From the NCBI GenBank assembly GCA_965242725.1, contig CBDESZ010000022.1, positions 64,001 through 128,000 on the forward strand: DNA of 64,000 bases, in the 5' to 3' direction. The notes below the pieces were generated by a model. It saw only the letters and a program-made list of their open reading frames with translations, was not told where the DNA came from and did not search any database. The stretch's first letter is position 1; each line of letters opens with the position of its first letter. The translations under genes and the position numbers were made by a program. Positions 10,852-20,083 of this stretch are shown piece by piece. Source of the DNA: Alkalispirochaeta sp. GTDB taxonomy: Bacteria > Spirochaetota > Spirochaetia > DSM-27196 > Alkalispirochaetaceae.

Positions 10852-11646
10852 TTATTTCTTCTCATGTTCGTCCCGGGGTGCATCAGCCCCTGTTGCCTCG
10901 AACTTCAGGAGAATGTTGAGCAGGTGATCGGTGATCACCTTTATCGACTCCCCTTCGCGGAGCAGATCCTGTCTGATTTCAATGAGGACCGCGTCGACAT
11001 TCCTTTGTCCGCCGTGGGCGTGCATGCCGTAATCTCCATCACGGGTGACCGGATAGGGTTGATTGATACCGACCGGCCTGAGTTCCGTGTTCTGCAACTC
11101 CTCTATGAGATAGGAGGCGAAGGAAGATTGATTTTCATAGGTTATGCCGATCGGCCACGGTCGCCGGCGCCCGTTCAGAATCGGAGTAAAGCTGTGAATT
11201 GCCAGATAGTACATATTTCCCTTGCGCCGTATGTGGGAGGAAAGGGTCTCGGTGATGGCTTCATGATAGGGAAAAAAAAGTTCGTCATACCTTCGTCGCC
11301 GCGCGTCCGCCGTCAGCGTGACGTTGCCGGGAATGGTTACACCGTGGATCGTCGGGGGAATCGATTCCGGTGCATCCAGCGGCCTGTTACAGTCTATGAC
11401 GAGGCGGGAGAATTTCGTTGCGACCAGTGGGGCGTCCAGTGCATCGGATATGGCCGTACTCACCTCGTACGCCCCGATATCCCAGCCGGCGTGGGAGTTC
11501 AGGGTATCCGCAGAAACACCGAGATCCCCGAGCCGCTCGGGCACGGCGTTGAATGCGTGATCGCATGTCAGAAATATCCGTGATTTCCCGTCGCCGTTTC
11601 TGACCGTATACGCCGGTCTTTCATGATCAAAAAGCAGTTCTTCCAA
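10852..11646 (-). CDS. N-formylglutamate amidohydrolase family protein
   Basis: LTCDHA, HAGWDIGA, SRLVIDCNR, IHSFTP, NQPY, IEIRQDL. Confidence 0.9.
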   Translation of the reverse strand: MEELLFDHERPAYTVRNGDGKSRIFLTCDHAFNAVPERLGDLGVSADTLNSHAGWDIGAYEVSTAISDALDAPLVATKFSRLVIDCNRPLDAPESIPPTIHGVTIPGNVTLTADARRRRYDELFFPYHEAITETLSSHIRRKGNMYYLAIHSFTPILNGRRRPWPIGITYENQSSFASYLIEELQNTELRPVGINQPYPVTRDGDYGMHAHGGQRNVDAVLIEIRQDLLREGESIKVITDHLLNILLKFEATGADAPRDEHEKK

Positions 11647-11694
11647 TTCGGCCCCCTGTCACCTATCCTTACCGTGCTCCGTCTCATTGCGAAG

Positions 11695-11773
11695 TGTAAT
11701 AATTATTACATGTTCATCTTTCATTGTCAAAACGTAATTTATGCTTGACCGGGGTTCCGGCGGCTGGTACGAT
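11695..11773. promoter_or_regulatory. Divergent promoters with a perfect 16-bp palindromic operator
   Basis: TGTAATAATTATTACA at 11695-11710. Leftward -35 TTGACA at 11730-11725; rightward TTGACC(11745)-N17-TACGAT(11768). Confidence 0.65.
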
Positions 11774-11816
11774 AATTCCACAACTGGATACGGACCACTC
11801 ATATAAGGAGCAGAAC

Positions 11817-13160
11817 ATGGGGGACATTGAACGAATACAGAAAATTGTCCGGGAGCGGGATATAGAACTGACCCGATTTCTCTATACCGACAACGACGGT
11901 GTGACCAGGGGCTATTCCACCACCGCCGACTCCCTGAAAGGCGATCTTGAGCGGGGACACACATACGCAATCGCCATGCCGCTCTTCAGCGCCCATGATG
12001 ACCTCGTTCCTGACAGTAACTACGGTCCCGTCGGTGAGCTGCTGGCAAAGCCCGACCTCAGCACCTTTACCGCGATTCCCTATGCGGAGAAATCGGCCGC
12101 CGTCATTTGCGACTTCCACGACATAAACACCTACGAACCGAGTCCACTCTGTCCCCGATCGGCACTCAAGAAGACCCTCGGCAAGAGCCGGTATGAAGTT
12201 ACGGCAGCTTTTGAAAATGAATTTTATTTCCTGCTCCACGACGAGTCGGGGAATGTCGTTTCAGCGGAGGAGAGTCTCTGTTTCGATACCCGCGGCATGA
12301 ACGTAATGAACCGCGTCATCCTGGATATTATCGAGAACCTCAAGGTCCAGGGCATAACGGTGGAGAAACACTACCCGGAGTACGGCCCCGGCCAGCACGA
12401 AATCGTCACCAAATATGCCGACGCGCTGCGGGCCGCGGACAATCAGATACTCTTCAAGGAGACGGTGAAAGCCGTTGCCGCCCGGCATGGCCTCATCGCG
12501 TCGTTCATGCCGAAACCCTTTGAAGACAAATCCGGCAGCGGAGCCCATATTCATATCAGCCTGCAGGAAAATGGACGGAATGTCTTTTACGACGGCGCAC
12601 ACGAAAGCGGATACAGCGATATCGCGCGCTATTTCATTGGAGGCATCCTGAAACATGTCGAAGGGATTCTCGCCTTTACCTCTCCCATCGTAACATCCTA
12701 CAAACGCATCATACCCCACAACTGGGCAAGTGCCTTTGCGGCTTACGGCGATGCAAACAAGGAAACTGCCGTCCGTATCATTCGGGGGCTGCGGGGAAAT
12801 GAAGAAAAGGGATTCAATATCGAATTCAAACCCGCCGACGGCACCGCAAATCCCTACCTCGCCCTGAACGCACTGCTCATCGCGGGCTTTGACGGCATCA
12901 GAAACAAGATTGATCCCGGTCCGGAGCTGACGGTCGATCCGGCGGAGCTCTCCGGAGAGGAACTGGCGAAGCGGGGGGTCCGGGAACTCCCCAAATGCCT
13001 CGGCGAGGTGATCACCGCGCTGGAGGGAGACGAGCTTTTTCGGACGGAACTCGACCCCATACTTTACGCTGAATATCTGAAAATCAAGAAGTACAACTGG
13101 ACCAAATATCTCCGCCACGTATCACAATGGGAGATCGATAACTTTCTTACGATCTTTTAG
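11817..13160 (+). CDS. Glutamine synthetase-like gamma-glutamyl ligase (GlnA3/FluG-C-like)
   Basis: FENEFY, EYGPGQHE, FMPKP..SGSGAHIHIS, SYKRI, NIEFKPADGTANPY (Lys form as in FluG/NodGS). No adenylylation Tyr. AAGGAG SD. Confidence 0.88.
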   Translation: MGDIERIQKIVRERDIELTRFLYTDNDGVTRGYSTTADSLKGDLERGHTYAIAMPLFSAHDDLVPDSNYGPVGELLAKPDLSTFTAIPYAEKSAAVICDFHDINTYEPSPLCPRSALKKTLGKSRYEVTAAFENEFYFLLHDESGNVVSAEESLCFDTRGMNVMNRVILDIIENLKVQGITVEKHYPEYGPGQHEIVTKYADALRAADNQILFKETVKAVAARHGLIASFMPKPFEDKSGSGAHIHISLQENGRNVFYDGAHESGYSDIARYFIGGILKHVEGILAFTSPIVTSYKRIIPHNWASAFAAYGDANKETAVRIIRGLRGNEEKGFNIEFKPADGTANPYLALNALLIAGFDGIRNKIDPGPELTVDPAELSGEELAKRGVRELPKCLGEVITALEGDELFRTELDPILYAEYLKIKKYNWTKYLRHVSQWEIDNFLTIF

Positions 13161-13172
13161 GAGCCGACGAGT

Positions 13173-14261
13173 ATGGATTTGACGGATCTTCCGGTACTGG
13201 ACAACCATTGCCACTTTTTCTCGACCGAATTTGACGCGTCCCTGCCGCTTCACCGCGTTCTGACGCTCTCACTCAACGAAATGCCCGACGATCAGCTGCG
13301 TCATTCCCTGCTCTATCGCCACACCCTTTCGGCGTTGTCGTCTCTCTTCGACGTCTCCCTGGATGAATCTGTGATACTTGAAACCCGACGCAGGGAGGGT
13401 ACTGGAGACTACAAAAGGTACGTGCACCGCCTGATGGGGGACATCAATATGCGGTGGATGCTCGTGGACATCGGGCTGCAGCGCTCAACCGTCGACTTCT
13501 CCCGCTTTGAGGCACTCATGTCCTGCCCCGTCCACTACGTCTACCGCATTGAAACCGTGGTGGACAGGCTGGTACGGGAACACGTTTCCCCCGGGGAAGG
13601 GGTCGAACGGTTCCGTCAGGAAGTCACCGCCGCGGCACGACGGCTTCCCGCGGTTGCGCTGAAAAGCATCATCGGGTACCGGACCGGACTTGAAATCGAC
13701 CCGACCGTGACCGTTGCTGTCGCCGAGGAGCGGGGAGACGAGGCTTCCTACCGGAATCTCCTTTTCCTTGAAGCAACAGAAATCTGCCGCGAGCTCTCCA
13801 TTCCGATCCACATCCACTCCGCATTCGGGGAATCCAATATCGATGTCCGGCGCAACAACCCTCTCCACCTGAAGCCCTTTCTCGATTCATCGTTTGCACG
13901 GGATATCGCGGTAGTGCTCATCCACGGGGGGTATCCCCGCGTCTTTGAGGGAGGGTACCTGGCGGCGATGTACCCCAATGTCTACATAGACATTTCAGAG
14001 TTCATTCCCTTTGCAACAATGGGAATGCGGCGCGGGCTGGAAGATGTTATGAGCATGTGCCCCCTGAACAAGGTGATGTACGGCTCCGACGGATTTGACC
14101 TTCCGGAAACTCACTGGTATGCCGCACGAGCCGGAAAAGAGGCGCTCGCCGCGGTTCTCGAGGCGATGGTCGGCGGACGACAGATACCTGCGCACTATGC
14201 GGAAGAGGTCGCCCATATGGTACTGTACCGAAACTCCCTGAACCTGCACCGCCTTGAATAG
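13173..14261 (+). CDS. Amidohydrolase_2 family protein (FluG/NodGS N-domain-like)
   Basis: LDNHCH, KSIIGYRTGL, HIHSAFG, LIHGGYP, MYGSDG..PE. Confidence 0.88.
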   Translation: MDLTDLPVLDNHCHFFSTEFDASLPLHRVLTLSLNEMPDDQLRHSLLYRHTLSALSSLFDVSLDESVILETRRREGTGDYKRYVHRLMGDINMRWMLVDIGLQRSTVDFSRFEALMSCPVHYVYRIETVVDRLVREHVSPGEGVERFRQEVTAAARRLPAVALKSIIGYRTGLEIDPTVTVAVAEERGDEASYRNLLFLEATEICRELSIPIHIHSAFGESNIDVRRNNPLHLKPFLDSSFARDIAVVLIHGGYPRVFEGGYLAAMYPNVYIDISEFIPFATMGMRRGLEDVMSMCPLNKVMYGSDGFDLPETHWYAARAGKEALAAVLEAMVGGRQIPAHYAEEVAHMVLYRNSLNLHRLE

Positions 14262-14275
14262 CGGCTCTACAGGCG

Positions 14276-14482
14276 TCACTTGCGCCGACGGCGACTGATG
14301 CGGGACAACCCGACGATAAGCCAGCTGGTGATCATTCCGGTGAGAAAGACCGCAAGCAACACCAGTACACGCGGCGCGGTGACCGTCCACCAGAGAAATG
14401 AGTAACTCACGACTTCCGCGTTCTGCGCGGCAAACACGACGATCACCGCCCCTATGACTATCCCGATAAGCATTCGTATCAT
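14276..14482 (-). CDS. LapA/DUF1049-like small membrane protein
   Basis: Two TM helices with FAAQN..V.YSFLWW and a basic tail. Confidence 0.7.
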   Translation of the reverse strand: MIRMLIGIVIGAVIVVFAAQNAEVVSYSFLWWTVTAPRVLVLLAVFLTGMITSWLIVGLSRISRRRRK

Positions 14483-14495
14483 GGTACGTTCCAAT

Positions 14496-16454
14496 TTATA
14501 CCGTAGCCGCATATGTCGTCAAAACAATAAGCTCCACGGAACCGCTCAAATCGACTTCCAGATCGAGCGGCGGGTTGAGATATATCCCACCGTTGTATTT
14601 ACCCGGCGACGACACATACCTGATACCGATCAATGTCTCTCCATGAAGGTACACAATATCCCGGACGTCCCGGAAGGTTCGGCTGATACCCGTTATGGAA
14701 TAGGACCGTGACGATTCAAAATAGATTTCCGCGCCACCAACGGTGAAGAGTTCATCAAATACGCTGTTCAGCTCTCTCCGAAGGGAAACGTGGGCAATGA
14801 TGTGGCTCAACATATTGGTGCTGATGAGCACTTCTCCAGGTTTCCGGTGAAAGAGCCGTTCATTGTCGGGGTCCATGAGTTCCAGAAGGATTTCCGGCGA
14901 TCTGCCGTCATGGGACAACAGATCCTGCAGGACGAGATAACCGAGAATGGTCCGGGCGTCGGCTTCTTCATGGGACGAAAGCCATCCATTTGCCAGAAAG
15001 ACGATGTTGTCGTACCCCCCGGGGTTCAGGCGCATGAGATCGGACGAGGATGTGTAGTCTCCCTCGATATGGCGGACATTCGTTCCCCTGGGTAATGAGT
15101 CATTGCGAACCATCTGTGTCTCCCGTTCGGCAATCGGCACGAGGGAGAGGAGGTCTATCGCGAATGTTTCATGGGTATAGCTTCCGAATTCCCGGATAAG
15201 GGCGGGCACCTTGTGGTTCCAGCCGAGAATCAGCAGACGCTTCTTTACCTTCCGCCCGGCATCAGGGCGGCTGCGTCCCTGCCGTAGTGCAGGCGGAGAT
15301 ACGCTCGATCGCTCCACCGGTTCTATGGCCCGGTATTCCCGCGCCACAAAGACGATTCGATCACCGGGTTGTACGATCGTGCCCTCCGGTGGATTGAGAA
15401 GCGGGGAAAAACCGTCCTCACCGTTCCGGAGGAGTCCCAGAACGATGGCGTTCCGGAATCTGTCCGTCAGTTCCGCCACTGGTGTTCCCACGAAGCGGGG
15501 AAACTCACGCAGATATATCTCGTTCCCGTGACTGTGGGTCAAAAGCTCCGCATAAACATAGGAGAGGCCCCGGTGACGAACGTTCTGCGCTATGAGACGA
15601 CTGATTACGACATCTCCGGCGATCGCCTCAAGGTGCTTCCGGTAGGCCGTTCGTGCAATCGGAATCTTGCGGGGATCTATGAACTCCGCGACGACAAGGG
15701 GGTGCCGGGACAGTCTGTGAAAATTCTCGTCGTTGGCGACGGTCAGCAGCGATTTTATCACGCCCATATCGGATGCTTCAGAATCCTCCTCAAAGAAGTC
15801 CGAACCGGGATACATGATGACGCCGGCGCGGAGATAATCTACGCGTTCCAGGTGGTCCGCCCTCAGCGGTGATCCCGACCGGAAGGTGATGAGCGAGGCG
15901 TTCCAGTACGGACCGAGAGCCTCTTTCAGTTCCGTGAAGATCGATGTGCTCACGTCTTCCGCAAGAATGACGATGCGAAGCTTCCGCGCGCCGATACGTT
16001 TCAGGAAACGCCGCACCCTACCCTGGGAGACTGCCAGTTCCCGCACGATGGAGGCGGTGCGATTGGTCCAGCCGAGAATCAGAATATGGTCCTTCATTGA
16101 AATCGGCGTCAGGCCCCGCTCCAGTCTCCTCATCGTACCGTGGAGCCACTGCGTCATGATGGCGATGAGGGCGCCCATGAACAGGACGTACCCCAGTATG
16201 GTCACGACGGTTGATACAACCTTGAGAACCAGACCCTCGTCATCTCCGAGGTATCCGGGGTCGGTGAGCCGCAGAAAGGCCCACCACGCCGACGCGCCGA
16301 AGACGTCAAAACCGTCGGTAAGATGAAAAACAAGGAGCCCCGCCAGAAATGAGATGACACTTATGAGGGAGGCGATAATCAGGAGCTGGTACAGAGCTCC
16401 TTTCAGCAGGAGTTTTTCGATGAGAAAGGTGATTCGATCATAGAAGCGTTTCAT
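14496..16454 (-). CDS. CASTOR/POLLUX (DMI1)-related ion channel with RCK domains
   Basis: TM-pore-TM (WWAFLRLTDPGYLGDD) followed by two RCK-like repeats (HILILGW, LLILGWN). Confidence 0.8.
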   Translation of the reverse strand: MKRFYDRITFLIEKLLLKGALYQLLIIASLISVISFLAGLLVFHLTDGFDVFGASAWWAFLRLTDPGYLGDDEGLVLKVVSTVVTILGYVLFMGALIAIMTQWLHGTMRRLERGLTPISMKDHILILGWTNRTASIVRELAVSQGRVRRFLKRIGARKLRIVILAEDVSTSIFTELKEALGPYWNASLITFRSGSPLRADHLERVDYLRAGVIMYPGSDFFEEDSEASDMGVIKSLLTVANDENFHRLSRHPLVVAEFIDPRKIPIARTAYRKHLEAIAGDVVISRLIAQNVRHRGLSYVYAELLTHSHGNEIYLREFPRFVGTPVAELTDRFRNAIVLGLLRNGEDGFSPLLNPPEGTIVQPGDRIVFVAREYRAIEPVERSSVSPPALRQGRSRPDAGRKVKKRLLILGWNHKVPALIREFGSYTHETFAIDLLSLVPIAERETQMVRNDSLPRGTNVRHIEGDYTSSSDLMRLNPGGYDNIVFLANGWLSSHEEADARTILGYLVLQDLLSHDGRSPEILLELMDPDNERLFHRKPGEVLISTNMLSHIIAHVSLRRELNSVFDELFTVGGAEIYFESSRSYSITGISRTFRDVRDIVYLHGETLIGIRYVSSPGKYNGGIYLNPPLDLEVDLSGSVELIVLTTYAATV

Positions 16455-16525
16455 AGAGGTCTACAGTGTAATACGCCCCTTCGCCGATTGCACTTACCGT
16501 TCGCGCATAAAATTTTCCCGATACC

Positions 16526-16554
16526 TTGACGATTTTCAAATGCTGTCATATGTT
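16526..16554 (+). promoter_or_regulatory. sigma70-like promoter of the EIIA/antiporter operon
   Basis: TTGACG-N17-TATGTT, containing a TGAC-N14-GTCA inverted pair. Confidence 0.5.
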
Positions 16555-16571
16555 TACTTTTGAGGACATTA

Positions 16572-17261
16572 ATGGACAACAGCAGCCGTTTATGGTCACT
16601 ACAGGACTTGGCTACATATCTTCACGTTGCCGAGAAGACGGTATCGCGCATGATCCAACGGGGAGACCTCCCGGCGGTGCGGGTAGGAAATCAGTGGCGT
16701 ATCGTTCCTTCCGAGGTGACGGAGTGGATCGCCCGACAGCGAAGCCGCCCGGAATCGCTCAGGGACATGTTGCGATCGGACCCGATGGCGGTTCCTTTTG
16801 ACCGCCTGATCCGCGGGGAACATATTCTCTACGCACCGGAGATACGCGATGAGCCGACCGTATTGAAACGCCTTGCGGCGATGGTTGCCGATGCCTACCC
16901 GGAGGTAGACGCCGATGAATACCGCCTGGCCCTCGAGGAGCGGGAACAGCTCATGTCGACATCCCTCGGCGGGGGTGTTGCCGTACCGCATATTCGGCAT
17001 ATAGACCGAAATCCCCCGGACAGCCTGGACCCCTTTCTCCTGATAACCGGCGAGAACGTCTCCTTCGGGGGATCTCCATGTCGGATTTTCTGCCTGATAT
17101 GCACCGATGATCTGGTCCTCCACTTACGAATGATCCAAAAAATCACATACATCTTGCGCCGGGACGACGTAATCGAAGAACTGACGCGTCAGCACGACGT
17201 TGACGGAATACTTCGCGCGATCGTCCGCGCAGAAAGGACTTTATCCTATGAAGAATCATGA
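16572..17261 (+). CDS. Excisionase-type HTH fused to a PTS EIIA (Ntr/Fru-type) domain
   Basis: LATYLHVAEKTVSRMIQRGDLPAVRVGNQWR (HTH_17) and REQLMSTSLGGGVAVPH (EIIA phospho-His). Confidence 0.88.
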   Translation: MDNSSRLWSLQDLATYLHVAEKTVSRMIQRGDLPAVRVGNQWRIVPSEVTEWIARQRSRPESLRDMLRSDPMAVPFDRLIRGEHILYAPEIRDEPTVLKRLAAMVADAYPEVDADEYRLALEEREQLMSTSLGGGVAVPHIRHIDRNPPDSLDPFLLITGENVSFGGSPCRIFCLICTDDLVLHLRMIQKITYILRRDDVIEELTRQHDVDGILRAIVRAERTLSYEES

Positions 17262-18036
17262 AATTGCACTTGCCGAGTGCGGCGCACATATCCGCATCGA
17301 CAATGGCGACCTCGTCCTTGAAGAGGCGGCACGCCGCATCGCCGACGCACTGTCACTTCCGGAAGCCGACGTCCTGCGCCGGCTGAAGCATCGTGAATCA
17401 CAGGGTTCCACGGGGCTTGAAAAAGGAGTCGCCCTGCCGCACTGCTCCCTTCCCGACGCGGATCGCTTCACCGTGGGGATCATCACCACCCGGGAACCCA
17501 TCGATTTTCGTGCCGTCGACGGCAAAAAATCGGACATCTTCGTCTTCGCCGCGGGACCGGAACAGAAGAGATCAGATCACGTCCGCATACTGGCGGCCCT
17601 CACGGCGCAGCTGAAGGAAGAGGGGGTACGAAAGGATATCCGTGAAGCCGACGACGGGGGCAACCTGCAGAAAATGCTCTCCAACGCCCTGCTTCCGGAG
17701 GAGCATGAAGAGACCGATCGCTATTCCCTCCTCCTCGTGTATGTACAGAATCAGGATCACTACGAGTCGATCCTTGAGATCATTTCCGCGGAAAAAGACG
17801 CGTCGGTCTCCGTCATGGACGCAAAGAGCGCCGGATCAATCCTGCACCGACTCCCCCTCTTTGCCACCTTCTGGAACGAAAGTGAAACCCGTGAAATCCA
17901 CCGTATTGAGGCGGTTCTGCCTGCGGACCGCACCAACCGGTTGATCCGCAAAATTGAAGAAATCAATACGTCCCGCAGGGGCGTCCAAATAAGCGTACTC
18001 GATCTCAGCTATGGATCGGGTGTCCTTGATCTGTGA
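17248..18036 (+). CDS. PTS EIIA domain fused to a C-terminal PII-like domain
   Basis: RESQGSTGLEKGVALPH (EIIA). The C-terminal ~105 aa has the beta-alpha-beta pattern of PII-like proteins (SAGSIL.RLPLFA). Confidence 0.75.
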   Translation: MKNHEIALAECGAHIRIDNGDLVLEEAARRIADALSLPEADVLRRLKHRESQGSTGLEKGVALPHCSLPDADRFTVGIITTREPIDFRAVDGKKSDIFVFAAGPEQKRSDHVRILAALTAQLKEEGVRKDIREADDGGNLQKMLSNALLPEEHEETDRYSLLLVYVQNQDHYESILEIISAEKDASVSVMDAKSAGSILHRLPLFATFWNESETREIHRIEAVLPADRTNRLIRKIEEINTSRRGVQISVLDLSYGSGVLDL

Positions 18037-18049
18037 GCGAGGCAGTACA

Positions 18050-19276
18050 ATGACGTTATCCCATATTATCACTTCGCCCACCGTCATAGTCGGGGTGGGT
18101 ACGGTCGCGGCTTTCTACGCCGGAAATCTCGCCCGGAAAGTCAAATTGCCGTCCATTATCGGTTTCATGGTACTGGGGGCGGTGCTCGGTCCATCGCTCG
18201 TCCATTTGCTTACGGAAGAACTGCAGAATCAGCTCCAGTTCATTAATGATATTGCCCTCGGATTTGTCGCCCTTTCGATCGGACTGGAATTGAGCATTTC
18301 CGCCCTGCGACGTCAGGGGCGATCAATCATATGGATCATTTTCAGTGAAAGCATCTTTACCTTCATCGTCGTCACCCTTGCCCTCGGCTTTCTCACGGGC
18401 AACTGGGCATTTGCGCTCCTCTTTGGTGCCATAGCTCCGGCCAGTGCACCGGCCGGTACCGTTGCGATTATCCGGGAGTACCGGTCCAAGGGACCCCTCA
18501 CGCAGGCGCTCTATTCGGTCGTCGGTTTTGACGACGGTCTCGGCATCGTGATTTTCGGATTCGCCTCGGCAATTGCCGTCCAGATCCTACAGAATGCGGC
18601 TTTCTCCATGGGGCTCCTGCTCCAGCCGCTCCTCGAAATCGGAGGCAGTATCCTGGTCGGCGCCGTCGTCGGCGGAATTGCCGGGCTTCTTTCATCACGG
18701 TTGAAGTCGAGGCGGGACACACTGACGCTGATCTTCGGTTTTATTCTCCTTTCGACGGGTCTTTCCAACGCGCTTCATCTTTCGTTGATCCTCACCAATC
18801 TCGTAGCGGGTATTACCCTGATCAACACCCAGCAGGGCGAGACCTCCGAACGGGTAGGTGAGTCCATTTCATCGGTCATGCCGCTTCTCTTTACCCTCTT
18901 CTTCCTGCTGGCGGGGGCACACCTCAAGATTGCGGCGTTGCCGGCGCTGGGATTGATCGGACTGGTTTACATTCTGGGCCGTTCCTTCGGTCTCATCGGA
19001 GGTGCGTGGATCGGAAGCGTCCTGGGCGGTGCGGACAATACGATCAAGAAGAACCTGGGGCTGGGTATTCTCAGCCAGGCCGGTGTTGCCATCGGGCTGG
19101 CCTTGTACGTGCAGCGGACCTTCTCAGCGTATGGCGAAACCGGCGCATGGATCGGTACGACGATTATCACGACGGTCACGGCGACCAGTATCATTTTTGA
19201 GATTGTCGGTCCGATACTTACAAAAATCGCATTGACCCGGGCCGGAGAGATACCAACCGAAACATCGGGAAAATGA
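18050..19276 (+). CDS. Cation:proton antiporter (CPA2/Na_H_Exchanger family)
   Basis: LPSIIGFMVLGAVLGPS, ASAPA, VVGFDD, LSQAGVAIGL, FEIVGP. About 12-13 TM segments. Confidence 0.9.
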   Translation: MTLSHIITSPTVIVGVGTVAAFYAGNLARKVKLPSIIGFMVLGAVLGPSLVHLLTEELQNQLQFINDIALGFVALSIGLELSISALRRQGRSIIWIIFSESIFTFIVVTLALGFLTGNWAFALLFGAIAPASAPAGTVAIIREYRSKGPLTQALYSVVGFDDGLGIVIFGFASAIAVQILQNAAFSMGLLLQPLLEIGGSILVGAVVGGIAGLLSSRLKSRRDTLTLIFGFILLSTGLSNALHLSLILTNLVAGITLINTQQGETSERVGESISSVMPLLFTLFFLLAGAHLKIAALPALGLIGLVYILGRSFGLIGGAWIGSVLGGADNTIKKNLGLGILSQAGVAIGLALYVQRTFSAYGETGAWIGTTIITTVTATSIIFEIVGPILTKIALTRAGEIPTETSGK

Positions 19277-19326
19277 ATAAAAATTGCAAGTACCGCAAAA
19301 TCTAACATTCCGTGTATACTTGCTTT

Positions 19327-20064
19327 ATGGACGGAGCACAGATCGAGCTGTTGATGGCAGGCGGCCGCATGGTCCTGACCGAACAGGGTGAGGAAAGCGC
19401 AATCAGGAAAAACCCGATTGACGGTCCCCGGAATGTGAAGGCCGACGGTCTCGACGGCGATGATCACGCGTATCACCATCACGGCGGCGCCGACAAGGCG
19501 CTGCTCCACTATCCGGCGGAACACTACGACACCTATCGCCGTCGCTTTCCCAGGTTTTCGGCAAATCTGAACGGGCCACGCCGGGGATTCGGCGAGAATA
19601 TCAGTACCCACGGCATAACCGAAGAGGATGTGTGCCTCGGCGATCGCTACCGCATCGAACCGGCAGACCCCGCCGATGCGCGCCGGGGTATCCTCGTGGA
19701 AGTCTCGGGCTTCCGGCAGCCGTGCTGGAAGCTCGGTTTTAACTGCGCCGTCCGGGATGTTCCACGATTGATGCAGGATCAGGGGAAGACGGGGTGGTAC
19801 TATCGGGTGATCGAGCTTGGCGCGATCGCTCAAGGTGATCGCATTGCTCTCGTCCAGCGGCCCTTCCCGGAGTGGACCATCGGTCGGCTGATCAGGGGCT
19901 TTTACGGCACACCGCTGGACAGGGAATTTCTTGCCGGCGTGGTAAAGCTCCCCGCCCTCGCTGAGTCGCTGCGGGTGGTCATGGAACACCGACTGTCGTC
20001 TGGCGTCGTGGAGTCCTGGGACGACCGTCTCTACGGACACGAAAAACAGTTTCACCAAAAGTAA
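19327..20064 (+). CDS. MOSC domain protein (YiiM-like, with 3-alpha domain)
   Basis: HHGGADKAL, FGENI, RQPCWKL, TGWYYRV. Confidence 0.88.
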   Translation: MDGAQIELLMAGGRMVLTEQGEESAIRKNPIDGPRNVKADGLDGDDHAYHHHGGADKALLHYPAEHYDTYRRRFPRFSANLNGPRRGFGENISTHGITEEDVCLGDRYRIEPADPADARRGILVEVSGFRQPCWKLGFNCAVRDVPRLMQDQGKTGWYYRVIELGAIAQGDRIALVQRPFPEWTIGRLIRGFYGTPLDREFLAGVVKLPALAESLRVVMEHRLSSGVVESWDDRLYGHEKQFHQK

Positions 20065-20083
20065 TCGGCGGCCGTAGTGCCCG

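Noticed and set aside
16572..16740. Excisionase-like HTH as a prophage/ICE marker
   Set aside because: It is fused to EIIA, and no integrase, att site or phage gene is nearby.
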